Of a stretch of 64,000 nt of DNA, positions 43,128 through 55,504 are shown piece by piece. Source of the DNA: Amoebidium appalachense (Eukaryota > Protista > Ichthyosporea); assembly GCA_963693365.1 (NCBI GenBank), contig CAVNZM010000007.1:5701962-5765961 (forward strand), given 5' to 3'. Each line of letters starts with the position of its first letter. Positions within the stretch are counted from its first letter, which is position 1. Made by a program: the position numbers and the translations under genes. Under the pieces are notes generated by a model. That model did no database searches and had not been told where the DNA came from. It saw only the letters and a program-made list of their open reading frames with translations.

Positions 43128-44259
43128 ATACACATGCACGTGTCACACGAATGGGCGCTAAACCTTGCACATCTATAAACACATGCACACAGCGTCACAC
43201 ATGTGCACGTCCAAAGGTAGTCACCTAATTAGCTATCAAGGGTTATGAGCATAGACAGGGGGCTGCCTCCCCCTCCCCCCCCCCCCCCCCCCCCCCTCTC
43301 CCCACACACTCCCCCCATAATCCCGGGGCCACCACCACGACCACACAAATAATAAAAATCCGTTAAGAAAAAAGGCATCGTACAATCACCCACATACACT
43401 GCGACATAGCATCACACACGTGAACACATGCAGCAACAATGCGTGTACATGTCAATCCGAACGCAAATAACAGAAGCCTTGAAGACGATACTGTGCAACA
43501 AGAGACCACAAACATTATTTTATCCCGTTGGAAGCTATAGAAGAGTGGCGTATTTAGATAACCCTGATGTTACGTCTATTGACCATATGTTATATCATCG
43601 TATGTTTAACGAGTTGTATCAAGTATATGATTATTTAAGATATTTGCTCCGTATTTGAGAGCAGCCTATTATTGTATCTTCTCACTGAGATATCTGTGAT
43701 ATCTCGCTTGCTTCTTTTTATGAGAACATCAACAAAGTCATTAATTTTGCCCTGCTAGAAATTCGCGTATCAATCAGCCCACAAAGACTAGGGTAACCTT
43801 GATGATAATCCCTTCGTGGGACCTGGAGGCCAACCCTTAGGGCTCTCTCACATGAACTAACAAATAAGCACCGACAGTGTCCTGATATGGCACGCATATA
43901 CAGACTGCACTTTCAAACTTGTGAAGACAGTAGGGTACTAGACATAAGCCGGCGTGTGGGCTCCCGGGGGGAGGTGGAGGGAGGGGAAGGGCCCGGGGGG
44001 GGGGGGGGGGGGGGGGGGGGGGTATGGTGTTTTAAATGAAAGGAGACAGGGCCACCATTTATGGCGCAAGTGGAACCATTGGAGTGGGACCGTCCGAGTT
44101 GATTACCTCCCCCCCCCCCCCCCCCCCTCTCCCCCTCCCTCCCCCTATCCCTCCCTTCCGTCCCTCCTTCCCTTCCTCCCCTCCCCCCCCCCCCCCCCAC
44201 CCCCCTCTCCCCTCCCTCCCCCTATCCCTCCCTTCCGTCCCCCCTTCCCTTCCTCCCCC

Positions 44260-44300
<41 letters not shown>

Positions 44301-44328
44301 ATTCCCCCCCTTCCCTCTCCATCCCCAG

Positions 44329-44616
44329 CAGAGCTGGGGCGGTCTGGTCTGGTCAGCCCGGACCAGCCCGAAAAACGTTTGGGTTAGGGCTGACCAGACC
44401 AGCCCGAGGGCCTTTTAAACACTAGTTATGAGCCTATAGTACCCCCCGAAAAGACAGAAATCCCTCCGAAGCCCACCTTTTCTAAAGGCTTTTGCGCAAA
44501 CAGACTTGCCATATATGGTAGTTCAGCCAGCCCACCCAGACCGTCTCCAGCCCAAGAAAGTTTCGGTTTGGGCTGACCCAGCCCGGACCGGCCCAAAACC
44601 CGCCGCCCCAGCTCTG
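44329..44616. mobile_element. hAT-type MITE (288 bp)
   Basis: Perfect 14-bp TIR CAGAGCTGGGGCGG, perfect 8-bp TSD ATCCCCAG (44321-44328, 44617-44624), many subterminal CAGCCC/CAGACC motifs. Confidence 0.92.
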
Positions 44617-44818
44617 ATCCCCAGAGCCCCGCCCACACGCTAAAAAACTTGAACATGATCAAGCACTCGGTAACAACAAAGAAAAACCGAGTGAACCAGG
44701 CACACCTCTCCGCTGGCAAGGTAGTTAAACTTAAAAGGCCATGGTCATTCTACGGCTGTATAATCCCGGTAGCGGGCATATGTGGGTGTGCAATTACATT
44801 CAATTTGAACCGTCCCTT

Positions 44819-44865
<47 letters not shown>

Positions 44866-45057
44866 AGAAAAAGAAAAGAAAAGAAAATCATTAAAAAATA
44901 AATGAATTGAATAATATGATAACTAAGGAAGAGAAAAAGAAAAAACCCCTATGTAGCTTTTGTATAGAGCTGTGCAAAGTTACTGTATAGGAAAGACTGC
45001 TTAGCCTAGCCTGAGTACATATTGGTAGCGCTGGAGATGCTCCTGATCCGTGCGTTA

Positions 45058-45331
45058 GGGATTCTTAATTTTGAAACGGGGAGTGGCGTAGCAGCAACTT
45101 TTTTTTTTCTCTTTTTTTTTTTCTTGGAGGGAGGGGGGGATCCACCCCCCCATTTGGACAGGTGGGTCCCCCCCCCCCCCCCCCCCCCCCCCCCTCCCCC
45201 CCCCCCCCTCTCCCCCTTCCCCCCTTCCTGCGCAAAGGGGGGAAGGGGACCCACCCACCCCCTCCGGCCAGCAGGGGCAGGGGAGAGAGGGGGGGGGGGG
45301 GGAGAGGAGGACCCACCACCCACTTGAGTAG

Positions 45332-45370
<39 letters not shown>

Positions 45371-45375
45371 CCCCC

Positions 45376-45410
<35 letters not shown>

Positions 45411-45658
45411 GAGGATGGGGACCCACCCACCCCATAGGCTGCCATCATGTGATTATTTATATCACAAAACCTGAGCACATAATAGTACTATAATCAGCAG
45501 CGGTTTACATACAATGCCAAAACGTAAACATTGTGGCCCCAACCAATAGGATTCCTTGATCACCTGAAACTCAGGCTATATGCCGTACGCTCATGCTGTC
45601 CCCCTCCTCCACCTCTCCTCCCCCCCCCCCCCCCCCCCCCCCCGGCACGAACAGGTGG

Positions 45659-45703
<45 letters not shown>

Positions 45704-45710
45704 AGGCGCA

Positions 45711-45765
<55 letters not shown>

Positions 45766-46341
45766 GTGGTGTGTGTGGTGTGTGTGTGGTGTGTGTGAGT
45801 GTGACATTGTGTGTGTCACAGTGTGTGTGTGTGTGTGTGTTGTGTGTGTTGGGGGCGGAGGGGGGGGGGAGGGGAGGGGCGGGGGGAGGGGATGATATGC
45901 GCCAGTGCCCAAAACGGAGGCAATTGCTCCTCTCAAAAAAAAAAAAAAAAAAAAAAAAGTAACAAATACAACCTTGGTGGATGGAAAAGAGGCTCTCTAA
46001 TACCATGATCATGTGCATGCAGGGGGCCCGGGGGGGGGCGAGGGGACCCACCACCCCACTCGGCCAGGTGAGCCCCTCCCGGGGAGGAGGAACCCACCCA
46101 CCCCTGCGGCTACCTTGGAGAGGGGGGAGGGGGGACGCACCCCCTCCGTCGACGTCCACCAGGGGGGACGTCGATATTTGATACTCCCCCCCCCCCCGCA
46201 TTGGCATGGCGGTGGAACCAATTCAGCACAGTAGCCTAGCTAGCCAGTACCACCTAGATTAATGAATGCCTGAGTTATGTGACTACGATAGGTCTGGGCA
46301 TGACTTAAAGGGGCAGCAGATGAACTTAGTAATTTATAAAG

Positions 46342-46387
<46 letters not shown>

Positions 46388-46488
46388 ACACCCCCCAAAA
46401 AAAAAAAAAAAAAAAAAAAAAAAGCCCGTAAGAGAGGAAAAGAAATTAGACTAGGAAGTTGAAAACCTGGGAGGGGGGGGGAGGGACC

Positions 46489-46524
<36 letters not shown>

Positions 46525-46653
46525 CCCGTAAGAGAGGAAAAGAAATTAGACTAGGAAGTTGAAAACCTGAGGGATGCACGGGAGGGGGGGGGGGGGGGGG
46601 GGGACGGGATTTTTCAATATGATTTAAAAAAAAAAATTCTTTTTTTTTTTTTT

Positions 46654-46684
<31 letters not shown>

Positions 46685-47270
46685 GGGGGGGTGGGGGGGG
46701 GGGGGGGGGGGGGGAGATCAGAAAATTGTTATCGTTGATAGTATCCAGGTGTGGGATCACGTAGTGTTTGGTCTGTGAGATGACTATTTGTGTTTGGATC
46801 GCTATGGGAATAATGGGATAGCGGTGGTATGCATGGTAGGGGCATAGACACAGCTGATTGGCTAATGGGGCATTCCGGGATTGGTCATTGGCTGGTTCAG
46901 GGTCGGGATTCTTGATTTTGAACGGGGAAGGGGGTAGTAGCTAGTTAAGGGGGGGGGGGGGGGAGGACCCACCAACCCCCTTAGACAGGTGGGTTCCCCC
47001 CCCCCCCCCCCCCCCCCCCCTTCTGCTTGCCGGAGGGGGGACCCACCCACCCCTCCGGCAAGCAGAAGGGGGAGGGGGGGGGGGGGGGGGGGGGGGGGAC
47101 CCACCCTTGGCAACCCATAGGCTGCCATCATATAACTATATCAGATAACCTGATCACATAATCTATGATTTAGCAGCAGTTTACCGACATTCCCAAAACG
47201 TAAACGTTGAGGCTAACTAGAAGTCACTCTTGATCACCTGAAACTCAGGCTATATGTCGTAAGGTCATAC

Positions 47271-47310
<40 letters not shown>

Positions 47311-47916
47311 CCCTCCGCCGCTGCCGCCGCTGCCCGGGGCTCCCTGTCCAGCCCTTCCCGCCCCTCCGCCCCTCCCCCTTCTCCCCGCCTCCCCTCTCTC
47401 GCACTCGTCTCTAGTCGCCCCACCGCGTGCACACACAGCACACACTTCCACACGTACTTAATTCACACGTACTTAATTCACACGTACCTGCGCACGCCAT
47501 GTATCACACATGCACACGAGGTGCACCGTGACTCTGACCAGCGATGAGCACCCGACATGAACATGCAGATGCACTCACCACACCACACAGACATCCCCGC
47601 CACACAGATACGTACACGAATACTGCATGGTTAGCACGATAACTTTGCCCCCAAATACTAACTTAGAAATACTGTTAGTTGACTGTTGAATGTGTGTGTG
47701 TGTGGTTGGTGTGTGGGCCTGCGTGCGCGTGCATTTACTTGTGCAAACGAGCAGGGTGAGAGAGGGAGGGGGGGAGGTGAGTGAGGTGGGAGGGGAAGGG
47801 GGGGGGGGGGGGGGGGGGGGGGATTGAGGGGGGTGAGGGTTCGTTAAAAAATGTTATACCTATAGTGAGCCTCGGAGGAGGGCAGGAGGAGGAGGTGAGT
47901 GGGGCGGTAGGGGCCC

Positions 47917-47961
<45 letters not shown>

Positions 47962-48109
47962 CGGGTCGTTAACTCGGAAAATGTTTTGGAGCATATAGTA
48001 CGCATTTCCCGCGGACAACACAAAGCAGACCTTGCAAAGAACAGACGATGAGTATGCATTCGGCAAAAGTAGAGCACCAGCACTAAGGGGTGGACATGTG
48101 TGCGTGCGT

Positions 48110-48172
<63 letters not shown>

Positions 48173-48208
48173 TGCGCACGTGTGTGTGTGTGGTGTGTGT
48201 GTGTGTAT

Positions 48209-48239
<31 letters not shown>

Positions 48240-48365
48240 GGGGGGGGAGGGGGAGGGGGGGGGGATATATATGCATCAGTGGCCAAAACGGAAGCAATTC
48301 CTCAAAAAAAAAAACAAAAAAAAAAAACAAAGCGTCGATGTACAGCTTTGGTGGATGGAAGACAG
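45058..48365. repeat. Degenerate direct duplication (approx. 45058-45990 versus 46906-48365) rich in GACCCACC motifs
   Basis: Shared anchors in the same order: GGGATTCTT.ATTTTGAA, CCCATAGGCTGCCATCAT, TGATCACCTGAAACTCAGGCTATATG, CCAAAACGGA.GCAATT, TTGGTGGATGGAA. Confidence 0.75.
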
Positions 48366-48401
48366 AATATGGCTAATGCCACGCGGATAACAGCACATGG
48401 G

Positions 48402-48435
<34 letters not shown>

Positions 48436-48577
48436 GGGGGGGGGAGTGTGTGTGTGTGCGTGTGCGCGTGTTTTTGTGTGTGTAGATGTCCGTCTCGATG
48501 TGTGGAACATGTGCGTGTGTGTGATCGTTAATGGACGTGTGTAGATGTGTGTAGTGTGTGTGCGTGTGTTGTTGTTG

Positions 48578-48618
<41 letters not shown>

Positions 48619-49103
48619 CATGAAAAAAAGAATAGATCGATGGATTGCCGTGAAAGTGTCCAAAAAGATTGTCTGCAATTGGAGAGAGAGATACTGCAAG
48701 GGGGGGGGGGGGGGGGGGGGGGGGGGTCCTATTTACTTTGTCCCGGATATTTATAAATGCCCTGCGCACAGGATTCATTAGGGAAGAATATGTGTTTATT
48801 ATTTTCTACACACATGCCTTTGGTCCGGTGCCAGCACCAGGCCAATAATTGTACTCTCACCCAACATGTAGAGGTACAACTTGATGATTCAACGCGTGTT
48901 CACTGGTCACCTAGTAGTATTTATCCAGAGAAAAACGTGTATTTTCGGTGCAATGAAAACTAGGCAGAGTTTGAATATTGCACGTACGTACATAGGCCTA
49001 TACATCATGCAGGATCGAAAGATCCAGCACACAAGTATTTTCACTGCATAGCAGGGACTGCTGACGGAGATTGTTTGAATATAATTTGAAGACCTCTAAT
49101 TCT

Positions 49104-49149
<46 letters not shown>

Positions 49150-49326
49150 TCTCTCTCTAGAAATCATAGAAAGGATGCACAACCATGGGCACAAAAGAGA
49201 GCAAGGAGCGAAAGGTGAAGGAAGCCGTGAGAGAAAGAACAAGACACGACATGATCCAACGGCACACCTGCACAGAACCCCCCCCCCCCCCCCCCCCGCC
49301 GCCCCCTTCCCCCCCCCAATATATAC

Positions 49327-49365
<39 letters not shown>

Positions 49366-49688
49366 TTAAAAATAAACAAGGACCGACCCCCCCCCCCCCC
49401 CCCCCCCCCCCAATATATATAGACATATAACCACTGAATAATAATAGTAATAAATAAATAAATAAATAAAATAAAACCACAAGGCCCCCCCTCTCTTACT
49501 ACCAGGTAGTGCCGTAGATTACAAGCACTTGTCGTGAACTGGCACATTCCATGAGAAACCTCAGTTGATGATTGGAATATGAAGATGAACCGATCAGATC
49601 ATAAAGAACGTGATATCAGGTGACCTCCCAAAAGAAAGGCAGGGGCAGGGGGCAGAGGGCCCGGGGGGGGGGGGGGGGGGGGGGGGGG

Positions 49689-49961
49689 TTTGAATGCGTC
49701 AAAAAGTACGAAGTACACAAGAACAAACGGATAACACGATGCAGAATGCAAGCCATACATAAAGAGTATGCATAATAAGCAGAGCCCATCCTCAGGGGGG
49801 GCCCACGTCATCCACAGTACCCGAGTTTCGACCTATTCCCCTCGTTAACGAAACCCAACTCAGATACTGTTTCACTTGAACATGAGTAGGTCACCCGTCT
49901 TGATCAGAGACGAGCAGGGTTGCTTATGCAGGCAAGGGCAGTGGGAAAGGCCGGGGGTTAA
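49689..49961 (-). repeat. Dispersed repeat copy A1 (273 bp), identical to 52572-52844, embedded in a poly(G) tract
   Basis: Base-for-base match by eye to 52572-52844; G runs on both flanks. Confidence 0.92.
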
Positions 49962-49998
<37 letters not shown>

Positions 49999-50451
49999 GG
50001 GGGGGGGGACACGGGGGACCGGAGGGGAAGAAAGCCTACAGGGTATCAGAAGACAATCGAGAATGTTTATTCATGGAACGTACTCTTCACAGAGCAATTT
50101 GATTGGATCCCAGTGCATAGCACGCAGCGTGATGGTGGTGTGGATAGGGGGAAAAAAAAAGGGGGGGGGGGAGGTTGGTGGTGGTGGTGGGGGAGGGGGG
50201 GTGGGGGGTGGGGGGGTGGGTGAGTGGGGTCTTTGTGTATGTGTAGGAGCTAGACTGAGTGGGCTAGCTGGGAGGTCTGGTGTTTGAGTGTGTGCTCGCA
50301 TGTATGTTTGTGTGTGTGTGTCTAAGGGGGGAAGCCGAGGGGAAGAAAGATGTTTGTGTGTGTGTGTGTGTGTGGAGGGGGATGCCGGGGGGAAGAAGAA
50401 AAGGGGTGTGTGTGTTTGTGTGTGGTGGTGGTGGTGTTTGGGGGGGGGGGG

Positions 50452-50491
<40 letters not shown>

Positions 50492-50544
50492 TTACAGTTG
50501 ATTTGCCATTCCAAGGCCACGGCAGCCGAACCACTCAGTTTTAA

Positions 50545-50850
50545 GGTCTATGTCGGCCTTTCTCAATTATGACGTAGTTCATAATTGCATGATGTCATTG
50601 ATGATGTCACGAAATCATGGAGGGGCGTTAGCCACGACATCCCCTCCCAGGCCTCCGGGCGGGAACACTGGCAACTACCAGCTCTTTGAGAATGACGTTA
50701 CCGGATTACGTACATGGTGGCTCACGGCCAGCCGAAGCCGATAAAATTGAGCGCACTGATTGGTAGTTTCCATATATGTAATGTTCGTTTTAGGAAAGTC
50801 CGGACATGGTAAAAGTATTACATCACGATCGAGAAATGCCGACATAGTCG
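50545..50850. mobile_element. TTAA-flanked MITE (306 bp), Kolobok- or piggyBac-like
   Basis: TTAA at 50541-50544 and 50851-50854; imperfect TIR GGTCTATGTCGGCCTTTCTC versus CGACTATGTCGGCATTTCTC, extending to ~35 bp; a related end AAATGCCGACATAG at 51051-51064. Confidence 0.75.
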
Positions 50851-52571
50851 TTAAGCTTTAAGGGCATCGTCTATGGTTGAATCAGTGCACGGATATTGGG
50901 CGTTTAAATCCGTGCACAGTAGGCAAAAACCAATCTTTGGGCTCCCCTCGATGGCATCAACAGTGTTGCTGGGCATCCTCTGGGCGGTGTGAATGGTGAC
51001 TTCCATTTCGTGCTAACGTCACAACGAGGTATTAATGACGTCACACCATAAAATGCCGACATAGCGTGGCTGAGGAAAAAACGTGGCTCGCAACCTTCCC
51101 AGTGTCTCCTCCCCACACGAACAAAACATCCGAAACCAAACAGATTGGCAAATTTGTCGTGCCCCCCCAAAATATGGAAGCCGAGAGTCAACGGTGGAAA
51201 AAAAAAAAAACTCTGTATCGGAAAATACGTTACTCCGGGCATACTCCATACCCCTAAATCCCTAAAGAAACACCTAAATCCCTAAAGAAAGTATAAGAAA
51301 GGCAGGTAGATAGGGGGGCAAGAGGCATGGAGTAAGGAGGGACGGCGCACGGGATGGAAGAGCAAGAGCTGTGTGGACAGCCACGGGGAAACGGTAGCAC
51401 TGCGTAAGCAAAAAGGAAGAAAATAGAGGGGGGGAGTGGGGTGGATGGGAGAGGGGCGGGGAGTGAGAGACAGACTGGGAGGGGGTTGTTCTGTTAATTA
51501 TGCGGACAACATGAGATGGCCAACAAAATTTTCGATGACCGTAGCCATAATGCTGGCTTTACCAAGCGCACCCCCCCCCCCCCCCCCCCCTCTTTCTCTC
51601 TTGCCTTCCACCCCTATGCGCATACACACGGTCGTACACCAACCTGCCATGCCCCTTTGAAACCCACACAATGTGCATGCGATAAGCCAGTGGCTACTCG
51701 AGTGGTTCATGTGTGTGTGCAATCAATCTCCTTCTCTCTCCCCCTCCCCTCTCCGTATGTGTGTGCGTCCGTGTGTATGCAAGGAACTTCCATGCTTTCC
51801 CCCCTCTCTCTCACCGTGTGTGTGTCTGTGTTTATGTAATGAAAACCCTGCTCCCCCCTCCCCCCTCTCACCGTGTGTGTGTGTGTGGGGGGGGGGGGGG
51901 GGTGTGTGTGTGTGTGTTGGGGGGGGGGGGGGTGTAATGAATCACGTGCTCTCCCTCTCTTTCTCCCCATGCCCGTATGTGTGTGTGTGTGTGTGCGCGC
52001 GAGTGTGTGCAATGTCTCCCCTGCTCTCACTTTCACTCTTTCTGCGTGTGTGTCGGTGTATGTTTGTGTAATATTTGTCTTGTTCTCTTAACCCTCCCCC
52101 CACCCCGTATGTTTATGGACGTGCATGCACGTGAAAAATGGATCTCACTCCCCCCTCCTCCCCCAGCCCCTCTCCCCGTGCACGTGCACATGTGTGTGTT
52201 GTTGGAAGAGTTCAATTGGTTTTTCGGTATCATATGTGTGTTTATGCGTCTTGCATGTGTCCCATAATTTATGTCGTTTACATTAAAAGAAGCCCCCCGG
52301 GGGTAGGGGGGGTTTGAATGCAACAGGTAGCCAGTACTGGGCCATATTGTTGTACAACAGAAGCAGAGCCCATCCTAGAAGCGGGAAGAAGGGGTCAAGA
52401 TTGCCTCACAGGAGATGAAGCACACACGACGGCCAACGCAATGCATGAGTGCAAACCACACACACATGTATGAATCAAAAGTGGACCCCATCCTCAAGGG
52501 GGGGCCCAACCCGTGTACGTGTGTGTGTGTACCGTGTGCGTGTTAGGGGGCGGGGGGGGGGGGGGGGGGAT

Positions 52572-52844
52572 TTTGAATGCGTCAAAAAGTACGAAGTACA
52601 CAAGAACAAACGGATAACACGATGCAGAATGCAAGCCATACATAAAGAGTATGCATAATAAGCAGAGCCCATCCTCAGGGGGGGCCCACGTCATCCACAG
52701 TACCCGAGTTTCGACCTATTCCCCTCGTTAACGAAACCCAACTCAGATACTGTTTCACTTGAACATGAGTAGGTCACCCGTCTTGATCAGAGACGAGCAG
52801 GGTTGCTTATGCAGGCAAGGGCAGTGGGAAAGGCCGGGGGTTAA
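52572..52844 (-). repeat. Dispersed repeat copy A2 (273 bp)
   Basis: Identical to 49689-49961. Confidence 0.92.
52658..52810 (-). ncRNA. Candidate structured RNA (kink-turn plus pseudoknot), variant A; identical copy at 49775-49927
   Basis: Stems close with G-U pairs only on the minus strand and covary with variant B at 54547-54707. Expression not shown. Confidence 0.6.
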
Positions 52845-53460
52845 AGTTGCAGCAGTAAGCAGAAGCAAGAAAAATATAGATAGGAACTCAGGAGACGGGG
52901 CTTCTAGGAAGCTCCCCCGTCGATACCTAAGTCGATACTTCCCTGGCTAACATACTACACCAGCTGAAAAGAATTAAGTCCCGAAGGCCACAGAATTCGT
53001 AATCAGAGGGGAAAATATGAGATTTGACCCACGCCGCAGGGGGGAGGGGCTCACCTCTCTGGTGCCATGGCCAGTGTCTTCATCGACAGGATATTAACGT
53101 TCCACCATCGAAACAGGGACCGTTATGTTTGTGTAAGGAGACGAGGGCAGGTGCAGTTGTGCGTGTGTGCGGGGTGAGGTGGAGACAAAAAGTGGGGTGA
53201 GGGGGAGGATTGGATAAAAGAGAGAGCAAGGATTAGTAGGAGGGGGGGGAAAGGAGCAGGGTGGGGAGGGGGAGGAAGCAAAGAAGGCAGAGCCAAAACC
53301 CTCAGTTGGGGGGAAAAGAGGAAGAGTGTGTGTGCAGGGGAGGGAAGGGTGGCGGGGAAAGGGGGAGTAAGCAGAGTACGCATGCAAAAAGGGGGAAGGT
53401 GGAGACGAGAGGGATGCTTTGGGGGGGGGGGGGAGGGGGAGGGGGGAGGGAGGACACGGG

Positions 53461-53496
<36 letters not shown>

Positions 53497-54449
53497 TGTG
53501 CATGCATACATGCGCGCATGTGTGTTTGTGGGACCCCCGGAAAGTGGCAGAGTAGGTCGCATGCAGCACCCCAAACACTCGTAATTTGACCTGTGGACCA
53601 GAACACCTCGTTAGAATCATATCGTGAATGAACCGGGGACGGGTGTGTGTGTGTTTGGGGGGGGGGGGGGTTGTTTCGAGAGAGACAGGTTGTGCGACAG
53701 CTGATCAGTCGGAAGGGGCAGAAAATGATTGCAGCGGATAGCTGGAGGGTGTGTGTGTGTGTGTTCCGGTGAGCAGTGAGCGGTGGACGGGGGGAGGGGG
53801 GAGGGGGAGGCTGAGAAGATGGTGGGAGAAAAGGGAAAAAAGAGCTGCGAGGGAGGTGAGAGGGGGGGAGCAGTGTGTATACGTGAGCTTCCACTAAGTG
53901 GAATGAGATCTGGATTGGATGGGAAAAGGAGTGGCAGAGAAAGACAAAACAGAGTTTGATGTGGCAGGCTGGCAGTGTTAGTGCCCGAGGGAGCGACAGG
54001 GGGAAGGGGGGGGGGAGGGGGAGAGGAGGAAGAAGTGGGGATAGTGTGTGGTATGCCGTTAGAAACACAGATACACAGATGTATGAGAATAATGGAAAGG
54101 AAACACAATGCACTCTTGAAGTATCTTTTTCTTTGGGCCGGGGACGGAGAGCGGAGGTCCCCCGGGGGGGGGGGGGGGGGGGACGGAAGGCCAGAAGTAC
54201 GCAGGAAAATTGTGGGCAGGAGGAGGAGAGAGGCTGACAGCATCCAAATAAGGCAGGCAGTACAAAACAGAGATGTAACCCAAAAATGTGCCTCTGTAGA
54301 ATCTGTAGAACAGGGGGGAGAGGGAGAGGGGGGGGGAGGGGGGGAGGGGGGGGGGGGGGGCAGCGAGTAAACAGAACGGATAAAGGGATAGGAGTAGCCG
54401 GTGTGGGCCGGGAGAGAAAAAGAGGGAGAGGGGGGGGGGGGGGGGGGGG

Positions 54450-54716
54450 TTGAATGCGGAACACGGTACGAAGTACGCATACACGAAAGACACATGCAAA
54501 GGCAAACATTCAAGTATGCAACATCAGCCATGCGCACAGTATGCGTCATAAGCAGAGCCCATCCTCAGGGAGGGCCCAAGTCATCAATTGCGTCTGAGTT
54601 TCGACCCCTTAGCCCGCGTATATACGACTCTCCAACTCAGACAGCAGCATCAACTGAACTTGGGAGGGTCAACCCGTCTTGATCAAAGACGAGCAGGGTT
54701 GCTTATGCAAGCAAGG
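54450..54716 (-). repeat. Dispersed repeat variant B with the diverged structured RNA (54547-54707); truncated relatives at 52313-52376, 54886-54907 and 55614-55691
   Basis: Shares TTGAATGCG, ATAAGCAGAGCCCATCCTCAGGG, GAGTTTCGACC, CCAACTCAGA and CCCGTCTTGATCA.AGACGAGCAGGGTTGCTTATGCA with copies A1 and A2. Confidence 0.88.
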
Positions 54717-55473
54717 TGAGCAAAACGGTGAATATGTGTGTGCAAACTAATGCAGTGCAGCGGAAAATGCGTATGAGCTTACAGATGCACGACACAGAGC
54801 AGCCATGCCCGGTTGCATGGAAGTAAAGCGGTCTCCACACAGTGGTCTGTCCTGAAAGGACACCTCTGAAAGAAGACTGGGGGGGTTTGAATGCGGAACA
54901 CGGTACGGGGCAGGGGAGGTGTGTGTGGGTGTTTGGAGGGGGGTGGGGTGGGTGGGTGGGTGGGTGGGGGGGGGGGGGGGAGGGAGGGGGGGGGAGGGGG
55001 GAAGACGGTATGGGAGAGGTGGAGATGTGCATAACAGGGGAGGGTAAGGAGTTGGGAAAGTTCGGTACACGGTTGAAGAGGGACACGAGCAGCCGGAGGG
55101 AGGGGCAAGGCTAGCTTCAACAAAGTAGGAGCAAAAAGATACAAAGAAGAAGGAGGTGTAGTGTTCAGACCAGGCAAAACACATCACGGTATATGTGCTA
55201 CACGTACAGAAAGGAGGGAGGGGGGGGGGGGGGGGGGGAGGGGGGGGGACTATGCAGATGCTCAGAAGGCAAACAGGATAAAGAAGTCGGACAAGCATGG
55301 GGGTGGCAGGGGGTAGAGGGAGAGGGGCCTGGGGGGGGGGGGGGGGGGGGGAGGGGGTGATGTATGCATGCAGAGGGGAGAAAAGTACGCCAGGACTGAG
55401 GGACAAAGCAGAAAGATATCAACGGGATAAAGGGAAGCCGGGGGAAGGAGGAGGAGAGGGAAAAGAAGGGAGA

Positions 55474-55504
<31 letters not shown>

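Noticed and set aside
43428-43800. AT-rich coding-like stretch (76-aa ORF)
   Set aside because: Interrupted by stops and no recognisable family motif.
49689-49700. TTCAA end as an IS200/IS605-type right end (TnpB/Fanzor guide RNA)
   Set aside because: No RuvC/Fanzor ORF in the window, and the flank is always poly(C) rather than variable guide sequence.
52690-52800. 5S rRNA, SRP or SAM-I resemblance (CUCGUCUCUGAUC, AGGUCGAAAC, AUCAAGA)
   Set aside because: Only short isolated words match; their order and the overall fold do not fit these families.
52658-52810. Hammerhead ribozyme reading of the structured repeat (CUGAGGA and GAAAC on the minus strand)
   Set aside because: Stems I-III cannot be formed around the core in any permutation I tried, and the AAC of GAAAC is already paired in a covarying stem.
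49689-52844. Copies A1 and A2 as LTRs of a 3.1-kb TRIM-like element
   Set aside because: No TG...CA pair at the homology limits, no PBS or TSD seen, and further copies are variably truncated; not fully excluded.
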